43,022 bases of DNA from an uncultured Candidatus Poseidoniales archaeon (GTDB taxonomy: Archaea; Thermoplasmatota; Poseidoniia; Poseidoniales; Thalassarchaeaceae): assembly GCA_964645485.1 (NCBI GenBank), contig CAZXZO010000017.1, positions 1-43,022 of the forward strand, given 5' to 3'. Below the pieces are notes generated by a model. It saw only the letters and a program-made list of their open reading frames with translations, made no database searches and was not told the origin of the DNA. The position numbers and the translations under genes were made by a program. The first letter of the stretch is position 1; each line of letters starts with the position of its first letter. Of the stretch, positions 28,225 to 37,911 are shown in pieces.

Positions 28225-29295
28225 ATGTCAGGTGAAAGTTTATTATCAAAAATGAAATCTAAAATTGATGCTGAAAATGTCCATAAGCAATTTGATATGA
28301 CTTCCTATGAAACTGCTTACTATGCATGTAGGCCAACATTCTTTGCATTCTTAGCCAAATATATGCTATGTGTGGCAGTTCTTCTCGTCCACCTTCTCTT
28401 TTGGTGGGTCAATACTTCATCAGGTCTGGATGCTGAGGCTAATGGTGTTGCAAAATTCAGTTTTTGGTTGGTTGATTTCCTAGGAATGACCGGTTTTGTC
28501 TTTTTCATGTTGATTTTAACTTGGATTAATCGTTTTATGAATTGGTCTTCAAGTGGTGGCTGGTACACCACATCGCTACTTATAGTCACATTCACACCTG
28601 CACTCTTCACTTTAGATAACATAATTGCAACTGTTTCTGGATGGTTTGGAAGTGAATTTAGTGGAGTAATTCCCTTTGATTGGAATGACGCTTGGTACCT
28701 GTTTTTGGGTATTGGTTACTTTGCAATTCTGTTCAGTTTGACTACCTGGTACTGTCGTTCATTCAACTATGCAGTTTCTGACCGAGCATTATACCTCAAG
28801 AAAGACTTCATGTTGAACCACACAATGCACAAAATTGACATGGTTGATATTGATAACATGAAGTTAAATCAACCATGGTATGGGAAAATACTAGGTTTTG
28901 GGACGCTCAATTTGCTTACGGGTAGCGGTTTTGGAGTAAGAGAACACACCTCATCAGTGTCTGCTGGAACCATATCTGATGCTGCGTCCACAGTTGCTGA
29001 GGATGTAGGCTTCATTCGTAAATTTATTCGAGGATTTATCTTTGTAATCAGTCTCCAAAGAACTAGAGAAGAAATGAATACTTCAGAGCCTGAAGATTGT
29101 ATGTACGGAATTAAAAAACCATCTGAAGTATACAAATTAATTAGCGAGTTGAAGGAAGCTATCAGAAGCAAGAGTTCAACAGGACAAGGGACAGGGCAAC
29201 GAATTCCAGCCCCTGAACAAGAGGCTCATGCTGCTGAACCAACAGCAACAGAGGACTCTTTAGATGGTCTTGATGTTGACATGGATTTGAATTGA
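28225..29295 (+). CDS. Membrane protein with a bacterial PH (bPH_2-like) domain
   Basis: 4-5 TM, then YAVSDRALY...IDNMKLNQPWYGKILGFGTLNLLTG. ATG 28225 is preferred over the overlapping track start 28138. Confidence 0.75.
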   Translation: MSGESLLSKMKSKIDAENVHKQFDMTSYETAYYACRPTFFAFLAKYMLCVAVLLVHLLFWWVNTSSGLDAEANGVAKFSFWLVDFLGMTGFVFFMLILTWINRFMNWSSSGGWYTTSLLIVTFTPALFTLDNIIATVSGWFGSEFSGVIPFDWNDAWYLFLGIGYFAILFSLTTWYCRSFNYAVSDRALYLKKDFMLNHTMHKIDMVDIDNMKLNQPWYGKILGFGTLNLLTGSGFGVREHTSSVSAGTISDAASTVAEDVGFIRKFIRGFIFVISLQRTREEMNTSEPEDCMYGIKKPSEVYKLISELKEAIRSKSSTGQGTGQRIPAPEQEAHAAEPTATEDSLDGLDVDMDLN

Positions 29296-29367
29296 TTTCT
29301 GAAATTCTAAAAGCGTTTGATTCATAGATGAGTTGCCTTCAGCGTAGGCTATCCCGAGGGGCTTAGC

Positions 29368-29883
29368 ATGAGTAGTGAATTGATGGAATCAGCAATTGAG
29401 ATGTTCAGAGATGGAAATTTGGAAGGCGCTGTAGGTGAACTTGACGAGCAAATTAAGTCAAACCCCGGCGTTGCTGAATTACATCACACCTATGCTGAAT
29501 TTGCAAATATGCTTAACATGGAAGCACAAGATGATGTTGTCCCTGGAGGCAAAATCATGATGAATTACAAGAAAGCCATGGAATTAGATGAAGACAATGA
29601 TGAATACATCGCAGACTTCGCTGGATTTGCTTTAGAATGCAGGCGAGTTCCAATCGCTGTAAAAGAATTCCAGCGCTATAGCCGCCGTCTCGAACTAGCA
29701 GATATTCCAGTTGACGACATTCTTTACAATGCGGCAAGAAATATTGTTGATACAATAGAAGTCATCGATCCTGACAAATCCAATCCAATGGTAATTCCTT
29801 GGTTGAAGCAAGCACTCATTTGGTCTGTTGGCGGCTTAGGATACAATGCTGAAGACGCCGCAGAATTGTTGACCCAAGAGTGA
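29368..29883 (+). CDS. Helical TPR-like hypothetical protein
   Basis: AIEMFRDGNLEGAV...NPGVAELH...YKKAMELDEDN pattern. Confidence 0.6.
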   Translation: MSSELMESAIEMFRDGNLEGAVGELDEQIKSNPGVAELHHTYAEFANMLNMEAQDDVVPGGKIMMNYKKAMELDEDNDEYIADFAGFALECRRVPIAVKEFQRYSRRLELADIPVDDILYNAARNIVDTIEVIDPDKSNPMVIPWLKQALIWSVGGLGYNAEDAAELLTQE

Positions 29884-30764
29884 GGAATATGGCCGAGATG
29901 GTCGGAGTCGCATTTGCATTCTCCTACATTGGTGATGCATTTCACGGTAGCCAAATTCAACCAAAAGTTAGGACAGTCCAAAAGGACTTACAAATTGCCT
30001 TTCATAAAGCAAAATTTGCTGGTGAAAACCCATTATTGCGCCTTTCGAGTAGAACTGATGCTGGTGTCACTGCTCGAATGAATGTCGCGGTTTGTGTAAT
30101 TGAGAAGTCTATTTGGCAGAAAATGGGTGACACCAGATTCCGCCGCGCATTAAACGACCACCTCGATGATGTAGTCGTGTGGGCCGCAGAAGAAACCACG
30201 CCAGATTGGAACCCAAGATTGGCTACACGCAGAATATACAGATTCCGTTTGGAAACTATGCGCCAATTCAACAAACCTCATGACGAGAATACAATTATAG
30301 AAGTGATGAAACTGTTCGAAGGAACTCATGATTTTACTGGTTACTGCAGACCAGAGGCAGGAAGGGCGACAACAAGGACAGTTGATTATTGCAAACCATG
30401 GCGTATTGCAGGAAGACTCGTGGGATTCGAAATAGGTGCACAGTCCTTTCTTTGGAATCAAGTGAGGAGAATGGCTTGGGCGATGAGCGAGGTGGCTGTT
30501 GGAACTAGTTCAATTGAAGTAATACGTGAAGCGTTAGAGAAGGGTGAACAACCCCCGTTTTTCGGATTAGGGCCTTCAAAATGGCTAACTCTTTGGGAGA
30601 TTGAGTATGAGGACATCTCTTTTGACAACAAATTTGGTGAATTTTTCGACGGCCTTTCTGCACCCCCAGTCGGAATCAGTGGCAGACAATTTGAGGTCTG
30701 GCAACAATCTGCAGATCATGAACAAAAGCAATTGCTACTCAATAGTTGGCTGTCTTATCTCTAA
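29880..30764 (+). CDS. truA: tRNA pseudouridine(38-40) synthase
   Basis: YIGDAFHGSQIQP, SRTDAGV (catalytic Asp), FEGTHDF, SFLWNQVRRM. Confidence 0.93.
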   Translation: MRNMAEMVGVAFAFSYIGDAFHGSQIQPKVRTVQKDLQIAFHKAKFAGENPLLRLSSRTDAGVTARMNVAVCVIEKSIWQKMGDTRFRRALNDHLDDVVVWAAEETTPDWNPRLATRRIYRFRLETMRQFNKPHDENTIIEVMKLFEGTHDFTGYCRPEAGRATTRTVDYCKPWRIAGRLVGFEIGAQSFLWNQVRRMAWAMSEVAVGTSSIEVIREALEKGEQPPFFGLGPSKWLTLWEIEYEDISFDNKFGEFFDGLSAPPVGISGRQFEVWQQSADHEQKQLLLNSWLSYL

Positions 30765-31264
30765 AATGATAATAGAAGTTCATCTCCGTCAATAAGGTCG
30801 AATGCTTCTCTGAGGAAAGCCGATGCAATGACTTCTACAACATCTGTGTGCCGTGTTAGGTCTGGAATTAAGATTGCACAATCGATTGCATCGGTGGAAC
30901 CATCTATTGTGTTCAGTGTTGCAATTATGGCTGTAGCGCCTCCAAAAGAACGTCCTTCACGCTCAAATCCTTGAATTCTGGAGATATCAATTCTAGACAT
31001 GTCAATATTGTTGGCGGCTTGTCTAACACTTTCATCAATACCCGTCGTTTCAATTCCTGCTGCATTTCTCAATGCGAGATAACGAACAAAAGATTCTCCT
31101 TCAACTTTGATGTTTAGAGTTCCTGGCCACGCAGTGACTCCTAGCACCTGTTTGAATTGGTCTTGATAATGAGATTGAGCCATGAAGATGTGGGCTCTGC
31201 CAAGCCCACTACTCACGGTGCCGCACAACTCCATTGCCAAGCCTACTGCATTCACCTTATGCAA
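30761..31264 (-). CDS. ribK: Archaeal CTP-dependent riboflavin kinase
   Basis: GTVSSGLGRA, QFKQVLGVTAWPGTLN, RHTDVVEVIA, LREAFDLIDGD. Confidence 0.9.
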   Translation of the reverse strand: MHKVNAVGLAMELCGTVSSGLGRAHIFMAQSHYQDQFKQVLGVTAWPGTLNIKVEGESFVRYLALRNAAGIETTGIDESVRQAANNIDMSRIDISRIQGFEREGRSFGGATAIIATLNTIDGSTDAIDCAILIPDLTRHTDVVEVIASAFLREAFDLIDGDELLLSF

Positions 31265-31303
31265 TTTTCTAAACTTCGGGGTTGAAGAATTAGTGAAAAT
31301 AGT

Positions 31304-31981
31304 TCAATCATTTAGTAAATCATTTAGCCATTCTTTAATTCTGACTAATTCATCCATAATCACTTCATGCCCCATTCTATAGCCATTCCACTCGCAGGGA
31401 TTTCCTGCTTCTACCATGCTTTCAAGTGCTGCACGTCCCATCATAACTGGGACCATGTCATCATATACTCCGTGAGCAAAAAGAATCGGTGTTTCCCGGT
31501 TTTCCGCACTTGCTTCATCATCATAAGAATCTGCTAATACCTCATATGCTGAGAGTATCATCATCCCAGCCAATTTGTTTTCGAAACGAGAGCCAACATG
31601 CAGGGCAAGTGCTCCGCCTTGTGAAAATCCTGCAAGCACTATTTTTTCATACCCTATTCCTCTTTCATGTTCTTGTTCAAGTAACTTAACAATCAACTTG
31701 GCACTACTTCTGATTGAAGTCTCATCTTCTCTGTTTGGAGCCTCCCAGTCTAGCGTTTTAATGTCATACCAAGCAGGCATTTCCATACCCATGTTTATTG
31801 TCACACCCATTATTGGAGCATGAGGGAAAACGAATCTTGTATTGGGGCATTCAAGCATCGGGACTACTGGCTCAAAATCATTTCCAGATGCACCTAATCC
31901 ATGTAGCCAAACTACCGTGGAAGTGTGTTCCATTTCTGGTTCTACTACCACCGTTTGTAGGTCATCCATCATTATCCCCAA
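31304..31981 (-). CDS. Carboxylesterase/phospholipase (alpha/beta hydrolase, acyl-protein thioesterase-like)
   Basis: WLHGLGASG, MPAWYDI, GFSQGG nucleophile elbow, HGVYDDMVP, MGHEV. Confidence 0.93.
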   Translation of the reverse strand: MGIMMDDLQTVVVEPEMEHTSTVVWLHGLGASGNDFEPVVPMLECPNTRFVFPHAPIMGVTINMGMEMPAWYDIKTLDWEAPNREDETSIRSSAKLIVKLLEQEHERGIGYEKIVLAGFSQGGALALHVGSRFENKLAGMMILSAYEVLADSYDDEASAENRETPILFAHGVYDDMVPVMMGRAALESMVEAGNPCEWNGYRMGHEVIMDELVRIKEWLNDLLND

Positions 31982-32113
31982 ATGGCATCGCCCCCGGCCT
32001 TTCTCTTATCCCTTTTTCGTGGGCAGATGTGGGTATCCCTTCGGTTGTTCCATCGAACCAATTTTCACTGTACAACCGATTTGCTCATGGGCTGACGTGA
32101 TTACCGGTAGATA

Positions 32114-32992
32114 ATGGCGGAGGTCAAGGTGGTTTTGCTTGGTACCGCTCAAGACGGAGGTGTACCACAAGCGGGTTGTGCAAAACCTTGTTGCATGAAT
32201 GAGTTTGGTGGACCAACCAGGCATCGAAACCCGGTTGCACTTGGAGTTACAGCAGAAGATGGAAGCCGACATTTAATTGAGGCAAGTAGGACTTTAGCTG
32301 ACCAACTGATTCTTTGGTCTACATTTGATGGCCAGCCAGTCAACAAGTTAGATTCCATTTGGCTTACCCATGGTCATCTTGGCCACATAGATGGTTTGGG
32401 ACTGTTTGGTTGTGAAGCATGGGGCACCGAAAATATACCTCTTCACGCATCAGAATCAATGATTGGAGTGGTACAATCAAGCCCTCCTCTTGCCCCACTT
32501 TTTGACAATGACCATCTTACTCCTAATCCTTTTATTTCAGGTAAAAAGGTTGAGTTAACAACTGATTTGAGCGTGACACCATTGAGAGTTCCACATCGTG
32601 ATGAGCATACAGACACCTATGCATTCCTCTTTGAGGGTGCATCAAAACGGCTGCTATTTTTACCCGACCACGACTCTTGGAAAGAGACATTAGAACAGCA
32701 TTCTGTTGATAATCCACTTTCTTGGTTTCATTCCCTTTTCGTTGATATTGTTCTTTTAGACGGAACTTTTTGGTCAAGTGAAGAATTAGGCGGGAAAGCA
32801 GAGAAAATCGGTCATCCACCTGTAGAAGAGACCCTCGAATTACTTGGGGTAAAAGGCGTAAGCGACCCGCGCGTTGTGTTCATTCATCTGAATCATACAA
32901 ATCCTCTTCATGTGGAATCATCTGCAGAAACAGCCCGAGTTAGGGCTATGGGTTGGGAAGTTGCTCGCCAGCCGATGTCTTTCAATCTCTAA
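32114..32992 (+). CDS. PqqB-like metallo-beta-lactamase-fold hydrolase
   Basis: LGTAQDGGVPQAGC, LTHGHLGHIDG, VPHRDE, LPDHDSW, LDGTFWS, HLNHTNP. Confidence 0.85.
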   Translation: MAEVKVVLLGTAQDGGVPQAGCAKPCCMNEFGGPTRHRNPVALGVTAEDGSRHLIEASRTLADQLILWSTFDGQPVNKLDSIWLTHGHLGHIDGLGLFGCEAWGTENIPLHASESMIGVVQSSPPLAPLFDNDHLTPNPFISGKKVELTTDLSVTPLRVPHRDEHTDTYAFLFEGASKRLLFLPDHDSWKETLEQHSVDNPLSWFHSLFVDIVLLDGTFWSSEELGGKAEKIGHPPVEETLELLGVKGVSDPRVVFIHLNHTNPLHVESSAETARVRAMGWEVARQPMSFNL

Positions 32993-34574
32993 CTTGAACT
33001 GTCACAGCATCCGAAGTACTGGCTCGATCATTATCAGTGACTGTAAGAGTAAAAGTGTGGTTTCCGATTGGTAATTTGACTTTGATAACCGGGGCCTCGC
33101 CAATTACCCGATTACTGACATCTCTCCATGTGTGAGATACAATTACCCCATCCTCATCAAAAGAGCGTGAACCATCAAGGGTTACCACTGCTGTCCGGGA
33201 ATCATCGGCTTGGACAATCAAATCTTCACCAGCATCTGCAACAGGTGGGACATTCATTCTATCAGGTTCTGCAGATAACGCCGAGTCAAAATCAAATTCT
33301 TCTACTTGGGTTTCATCTGTGAGAGTTATCTCAGCCTCTAGCAAACCCATCAAATCGTCAGAACCGATTTCAGTTGCATCTCCACTTGAAAGTTGAGCCA
33401 TTTCATCCTCAGTAAGCAATTCTGAGTAATCATCATCTTCCCCATACAATGCTTCTACTGTGTTTGCACCGCGTTCACTTGGTGACGCAGTTGAGTATTC
33501 TTGTAAATCTGAGTCTATATCGTCTCCAGATTGCATCAAATACGTTTCAGCCGCTGAATTAAGAATCAATATTTGATTATCTCTTGTGTAATCATTCTGG
33601 TTATCTCCTGCAACAACAATGTATTGACCACTCTCACTAACCATAACCATCTCTGTTAGGCCAGTGTGTTCAACTTGCCATTTTTCCATGCCTTCCTTGT
33701 CAATAAGGTGCACTTGGAACCAGGTAGCGATAAGTAATTCTTCACCGATTGGAACTAGGTCGTTAATGCTATACTGTGACTTGAATCTTGTGTTTGGAGA
33801 GCGGTCTGAGTTAAACTCGATGACTTCTCCATCAAACATCCCACAAACAACTCCTGTAGTAGTGGGCCGCAAAACTTCACACCGCTGCCTAAGAGGTACT
33901 CGCTCAATTTCTTGACCCATGGGAGTCCACCATTCAAGGACAATTTCCTCTTCGTCGCCCATGGTCACATCTAGTGCTTCTCGGGCTATACATATGTGGC
34001 CATCTTCCAAGTAACATATCGCAGTGACTCTCTCACCTTGTTCACCGCGTGAATCTCGCTTGAATCGTACGTTTCCGTTTCTGTCAAGAACAGTTACATT
34101 TCCAACATCATCGACAATTGCAGCAGTATCACCTTTGGGTGAAACTGCAAGTAGAGTCAATTCTCCTGATTCATAATGAGTGAGGAGGCGACCACTGGAT
34201 GAAAGTAAATGGAGTAAACGAGCCCCATCAATAACGGCTACTAAATCACCTGAGCGAGAAACAGCAAGATGGTCACAACCACCTCCAAGGTGGTGACTCC
34301 AGCGGTGGCCGCCCAGTCTTTCATGGCCGTGTAATTCGCCGGAGTGGCTACCGACAATTACGGTGCCATCGGGAGCAAATGCCAATTTTGAGATGCCTCC
34401 TTCTATGGTTTTTGAGTCAGATTTGTTACCACCATCTACGTCACAAATAGTTAGTTCTCCACCTTCTTCCCCCCATGCAATGAACTTGCCATTTGAGGAA
34501 AAAGACACGTCGGTAACACGTGATTTTGGCTTTAGGATGTTGGCGGGGTCAATGGTGAGTGGCATCGCTATCAA
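32982..34574 (-). CDS. WD40-like beta-propeller protein with an acidic linker and C-terminal PKD/Ig-like domain
   Basis: Repeated blades (VSFSSNGKFIA, LAFAPDGTV, LAVSRSGDLV, LAVSPKGDTA). C-terminus PPVADAGED...LDGSRSFDEDG...FTLTVTDN. Confidence 0.85.
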   Translation of the reverse strand: MIAMPLTIDPANILKPKSRVTDVSFSSNGKFIAWGEEGGELTICDVDGGNKSDSKTIEGGISKLAFAPDGTVIVGSHSGELHGHERLGGHRWSHHLGGGCDHLAVSRSGDLVAVIDGARLLHLLSSSGRLLTHYESGELTLLAVSPKGDTAAIVDDVGNVTVLDRNGNVRFKRDSRGEQGERVTAICYLEDGHICIAREALDVTMGDEEEIVLEWWTPMGQEIERVPLRQRCEVLRPTTTGVVCGMFDGEVIEFNSDRSPNTRFKSQYSINDLVPIGEELLIATWFQVHLIDKEGMEKWQVEHTGLTEMVMVSESGQYIVVAGDNQNDYTRDNQILILNSAAETYLMQSGDDIDSDLQEYSTASPSERGANTVEALYGEDDDYSELLTEDEMAQLSSGDATEIGSDDLMGLLEAEITLTDETQVEEFDFDSALSAEPDRMNVPPVADAGEDLIVQADDSRTAVVTLDGSRSFDEDGVIVSHTWRDVSNRVIGEAPVIKVKLPIGNHTFTLTVTDNDRASTSDAVTVQVRD

Positions 34575-34598
34575 AATTGAGAGGTAATCAATTCGCTT

Positions 34599-35477
34599 TC
34601 ATGCTATCGCCGTTACAATTCCTGCTCTTTGGCGTAGTTCATCCATGTTTTCCTCAGCCCAACCCATGAGAGGTTCTAGTGTTGCCATTGGCACATTCCC
34701 GTCAGCCTCGTATGTCTTTTCGTGTAGGTCATCACCTACTACAGCCCAAACATTTCCAATATGTCCCGGGCCAGGAGCGGTTGCCAAATATGATTTCATC
34801 TCTTCATTAATTTGGGATGGGTCCCAATTTTTCACTAGCTCAAGAAGTTCGGGGTTAGAGTTAGGAGAAACGATCAATCGGCATCCACGTCTCATGACTA
34901 ACCATGATGCTAAGTAATCTCGCTCGTTGTTTAATTCAGTGATTACAGAACCCTGTACACCTGTTGGCAACCCGCCCTGACAAACGATTCTTTCTCCAAG
35001 TATGCCTACTTCTTCTGGCATTAGAGAAATTCTCACTGGCCACTCCGGGTCTGATAAATTGACTTTCAAATGCGGGGCTCGCTCTAAGATTGCAGCACCC
35101 ACTGCTCCAGCGAAGGTCTGACTTGTCCAATCTTGTTTTTCTCCATGGCGTTTGCACTGTACTGCAAAGGTTGCGCCTTCTTCTTTGGGTGCAAGATGGA
35201 TTACAGCATCTGCAACTTCGGCCACGTCAACGCCAACAGATGTTAAGGGGTCAACTGAGGTTAATCCAAAGGTATGGCGCATAGCATCCTCCGCGGCCTC
35301 AACCTCACCTTCTAACAATTCAAGAAATAGCATTCCTTGCCATTGCGTGACTTTGACTTTAGCCCCGCGAACTTGTGCTTGCATAACGAGGTGTCTTCGC
35401 AATGCTTTAACCATAAATCTTCTAACTTGGCGGGATTTTAGAATAATTTCTCCCATTCTCATTATCCAGCGCATCAT
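34599..35477 (-). CDS. THUMP-domain protein, degenerate ThiI homolog lacking the PP-loop
   Basis: RMGEIILKS (ThiI N-terminal RYGEIxLK), THUMP segment TFAVQCKR...VNLSDP, GGLPTGVQG. The SGGxDS position reads ITELNNERD. Confidence 0.8.
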   Translation of the reverse strand: MMRWIMRMGEIILKSRQVRRFMVKALRRHLVMQAQVRGAKVKVTQWQGMLFLELLEGEVEAAEDAMRHTFGLTSVDPLTSVGVDVAEVADAVIHLAPKEEGATFAVQCKRHGEKQDWTSQTFAGAVGAAILERAPHLKVNLSDPEWPVRISLMPEEVGILGERIVCQGGLPTGVQGSVITELNNERDYLASWLVMRRGCRLIVSPNSNPELLELVKNWDPSQINEEMKSYLATAPGPGHIGNVWAVVGDDLHEKTYEADGNVPMATLEPLMGWAEENMDELRQRAGIVTAIA

Positions 35478-35510
35478 CTCACCCCGTGAATCGACTCTAA
35501 CATTCCCACA

Positions 35511-37064
35511 TTAATCTTCATTGTGGATGTCCATGGAGTCAATTTCTTCAGGTTCTGAATCACCATTTCCGAGCTTAGCAGCGTCGTTGCGTTGCAATTC
35601 AAGCATCTGAAGATACTCTTCTGTGATATCTCCTGTGCAGTATTCACCGGTGAAACAAGAGGTGTCAAAGTCATGTGCATTTTCTTCTGAAATTGTGCAA
35701 GAAGCAATGAGGTCTTCTAAGTCTTGGTAGACTAGGAAGTCTGCACCAATTTCTTTTTCAATTTCTTTGATTGATTGTCCGTGAGCAATATATTCGTTTC
35801 TGGCTGGCATATCAATTCCGTACACATTTGGATGCAAAAGTGGCGGAGCAGAGGAAGCGAAATACACTTTCTTAGCGCCAACCTGTCGCGCCATCTCAAC
35901 AATTTTTCTTGAGGTATTTCCCCGGACAATTGAATCATCGACAAGCAAAACGGTTTTGCCCTCAAATTCATCTGGAAGCGGATTTAACTTTTTACGAACT
36001 GAATCTTTGCGTTGGGCTTGTCCGGGCATGATGAAAGTGCGACCAACATAGCGGTTTTTCACAAACCCTTCTCTGAATTCCACGCCAAGCCTAGCAGCTG
36101 TTTGAATTGCTGCATAACGTCCCGAATCAGGGATTGGCATCACAACATCAATTCCGTGGCCTGGCTTCAATCGCATAATTTTGTCCGCCAAGCGCTCACC
36201 CATGTTCAATCTCGCTTGATGGACCGACATTCCATCTATTACGGAATCAGGACGAGAGAAGTAAACGTATTCAAAAATGCAATTTTGTAGTTTAGGAGAT
36301 GAGTGGCATTGCTCAAGATACATTTTTCCATCAACTGAGATGAAAATACATTCGCCAGGTGCAACGTCTTGAATATCCTCGAATCCTAGAGTGTCAAGAG
36401 CAACACTTTCTGATGCGACTGCCCATTCAGTGACACCATTCTCATTCACGCTTTTCCCGTATACAAGGGGTCGAATCCCGAAGGGGTCTCGAAAAGCAAA
36501 GAGGCCATACCCGTTGATCATCCCTACTACAGAATAACCTCCACTTAACCGATAGTGGACCTCACGTACAGCTTTGAAAACTTGATGCACATCCAAATAT
36601 AGTCCATCTTCAATTTTTAACTGTCTTTTACCCAGTTTTTGTAACTCATGTGCGATTACATTCAGAAGAACTTCAGAATCTGAGGTGGTGTTGACATGTC
36701 GCAAGTCATCAAGATAGAGTTGTCTAGCCTGTTGCTTTGCATTGACTAAATTGCCGTTGTGGGCGATGGTTATTCCGTATGGTGAATTAACGTACAATGG
36801 TTGTGCTTCAGCCGATGAGCAGGTGCCAGCAGTTGGATATCGAACGTGGCCAATTCCCATCGAACCTTGGAGTCGCTCCATATGGCGCTCATGGAATACA
36901 TCTCGGACCAATCCATTAGATTTCCTTAGGTGAAGATGGTCATCATCACAGGTTACAATTCCAGCGGCATCTTGGCCTCGATGTTGTAGAACAAGAAGTC
37001 CGTCGTATAGCATCTTATTGACGTGCGAGCCGGGCTGGCCAGCAATGCCGATGATGCCACACAT
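35511..37064 (-). CDS. purF: Amidophosphoribosyltransferase
   Basis: MCGIIG, LQHRGQDAAG, GHVRYPTAG, HNGNL, YFSRPDS, LVDDSIVRGNT. ATG 37064 places Cys at position 2 (track start 37088). Confidence 0.97.
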   Translation of the reverse strand: MCGIIGIAGQPGSHVNKMLYDGLLVLQHRGQDAAGIVTCDDDHLHLRKSNGLVRDVFHERHMERLQGSMGIGHVRYPTAGTCSSAEAQPLYVNSPYGITIAHNGNLVNAKQQARQLYLDDLRHVNTTSDSEVLLNVIAHELQKLGKRQLKIEDGLYLDVHQVFKAVREVHYRLSGGYSVVGMINGYGLFAFRDPFGIRPLVYGKSVNENGVTEWAVASESVALDTLGFEDIQDVAPGECIFISVDGKMYLEQCHSSPKLQNCIFEYVYFSRPDSVIDGMSVHQARLNMGERLADKIMRLKPGHGIDVVMPIPDSGRYAAIQTAARLGVEFREGFVKNRYVGRTFIMPGQAQRKDSVRKKLNPLPDEFEGKTVLLVDDSIVRGNTSRKIVEMARQVGAKKVYFASSAPPLLHPNVYGIDMPARNEYIAHGQSIKEIEKEIGADFLVYQDLEDLIASCTISEENAHDFDTSCFTGEYCTGDITEEYLQMLELQRNDAAKLGNGDSEPEEIDSMDIHNED

Positions 37065-37169
37065 CTCGGTTCCCTGTTTGTGCCCCATCGCGGTAGGTAT
37101 TTGGTAATGTCCCCACGAGTAGGGCTTGGTTCAACTCATTTTTTGTCAAACTATGACAAATTAAGATGC

Positions 37170-37349
37170 TCAGTTTTTTGGTCGGCGGTTTTTCTTAGCC
37201 CAGCCGAATCCTCGGCGCTTAGCAGTAGCCCCATATCCACATGAAGAGCAGACGCTTTTCTGCTTGTGATACGAGTGCTTTCCGCAACGACGACAAAGAA
37301 TGTGTGTGCTCTTCTGGCGTTTACCCATGCTTGGTGTACCCTTACTCAT
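37170..37349 (-). CDS. rpl37e: 50S ribosomal protein eL37 (L37e), 59 aa, absent from the ORF track
   Basis: Translated by hand: [61 protein letters not shown]-like GGTGA upstream. Confidence 0.97.
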   Translation of the reverse strand: MSKGTPSMGKRQKSTHILCRRCGKHSYHKQKSVCSSCGYGATAKRRGFGWAKKNRRPKN

Positions 37350-37407
37350 TCACTCACCACCTGCTATTTGCAGGCCGCCCGACCGACCCACCCATTATGA
37401 GGCTTGC

Positions 37408-37911
37408 TCATTCCTCTTCACTCTCAAAAGAGGTCGATTCCAACTCAAGTAATGGGTCAGACGGTGTTTCTCGACCTGTTACAAGGGTCAAAAGAATACC
37501 AAAACTAGCACTCAATGAAAGGAGAATAGCAAACTCCGCAGTTAACATCCGAATTGCGCCGATAGAAAATTGCGACCAGACATCAGTTGCTACGCCGGTT
37601 ACAGTCATCCCGGAGTCAACTAGCAATCCGTACAGTAAGGCGCCGACTACAGCAGCCAGAAGTGTTCCAAGCGCCTGCTCTACCAATTTTGCGTGTTTAT
37701 GTGATAATGCTAGGGTAATCATGAATAGAGCGCCGTTGACGAAAATGAAACTAATAATTGCAGAGTGGGCGAATCTTGACAAGATATCGACATCCTCTAC
37801 TTCACCGCGAACTTCTAAGTGAATATTTGCAATGAAAATTAACACTGTCAGGGTTAAAACAACTAGTGTGAGGGCCCGCCAATCTCGGACAACATCACCT
37901 TCATTCTTCAT
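37408..37911 (-). CDS. 4-TM membrane protein of unknown function
   Basis: Hydrophobic ORF with an ATGA overlap with the upstream gene. Confidence 0.75.
   Translation of the reverse strand: MKNEGDVVRDWRALTLVVLTLTVLIFIANIHLEVRGEVEDVDILSRFAHSAIISFIFVNGALFMITLALSHKHAKLVEQALGTLLAAVVGALLYGLLVDSGMTVTGVATDVWSQFSIGAIRMLTAEFAILLSLSASFGILLTLVTGRETPSDPLLELESTSFESEEE

Noticed and set aside
32114-32992. PQQ biosynthesis cluster
   Set aside because: Only a PqqB-like hydrolase is present, with no pqqA/C/D/E in the window.
37064-37088. B. subtilis-style PurF propeptide (MGHKQGTEM)
   Set aside because: An ATG directly precedes the catalytic Cys and the enzyme is enteric-type, so simple Met removal suffices.
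37241-37822. 193-aa plus-strand ORF
   Set aside because: It is an antisense shadow of rpl37e and the membrane-protein gene, with no motif.
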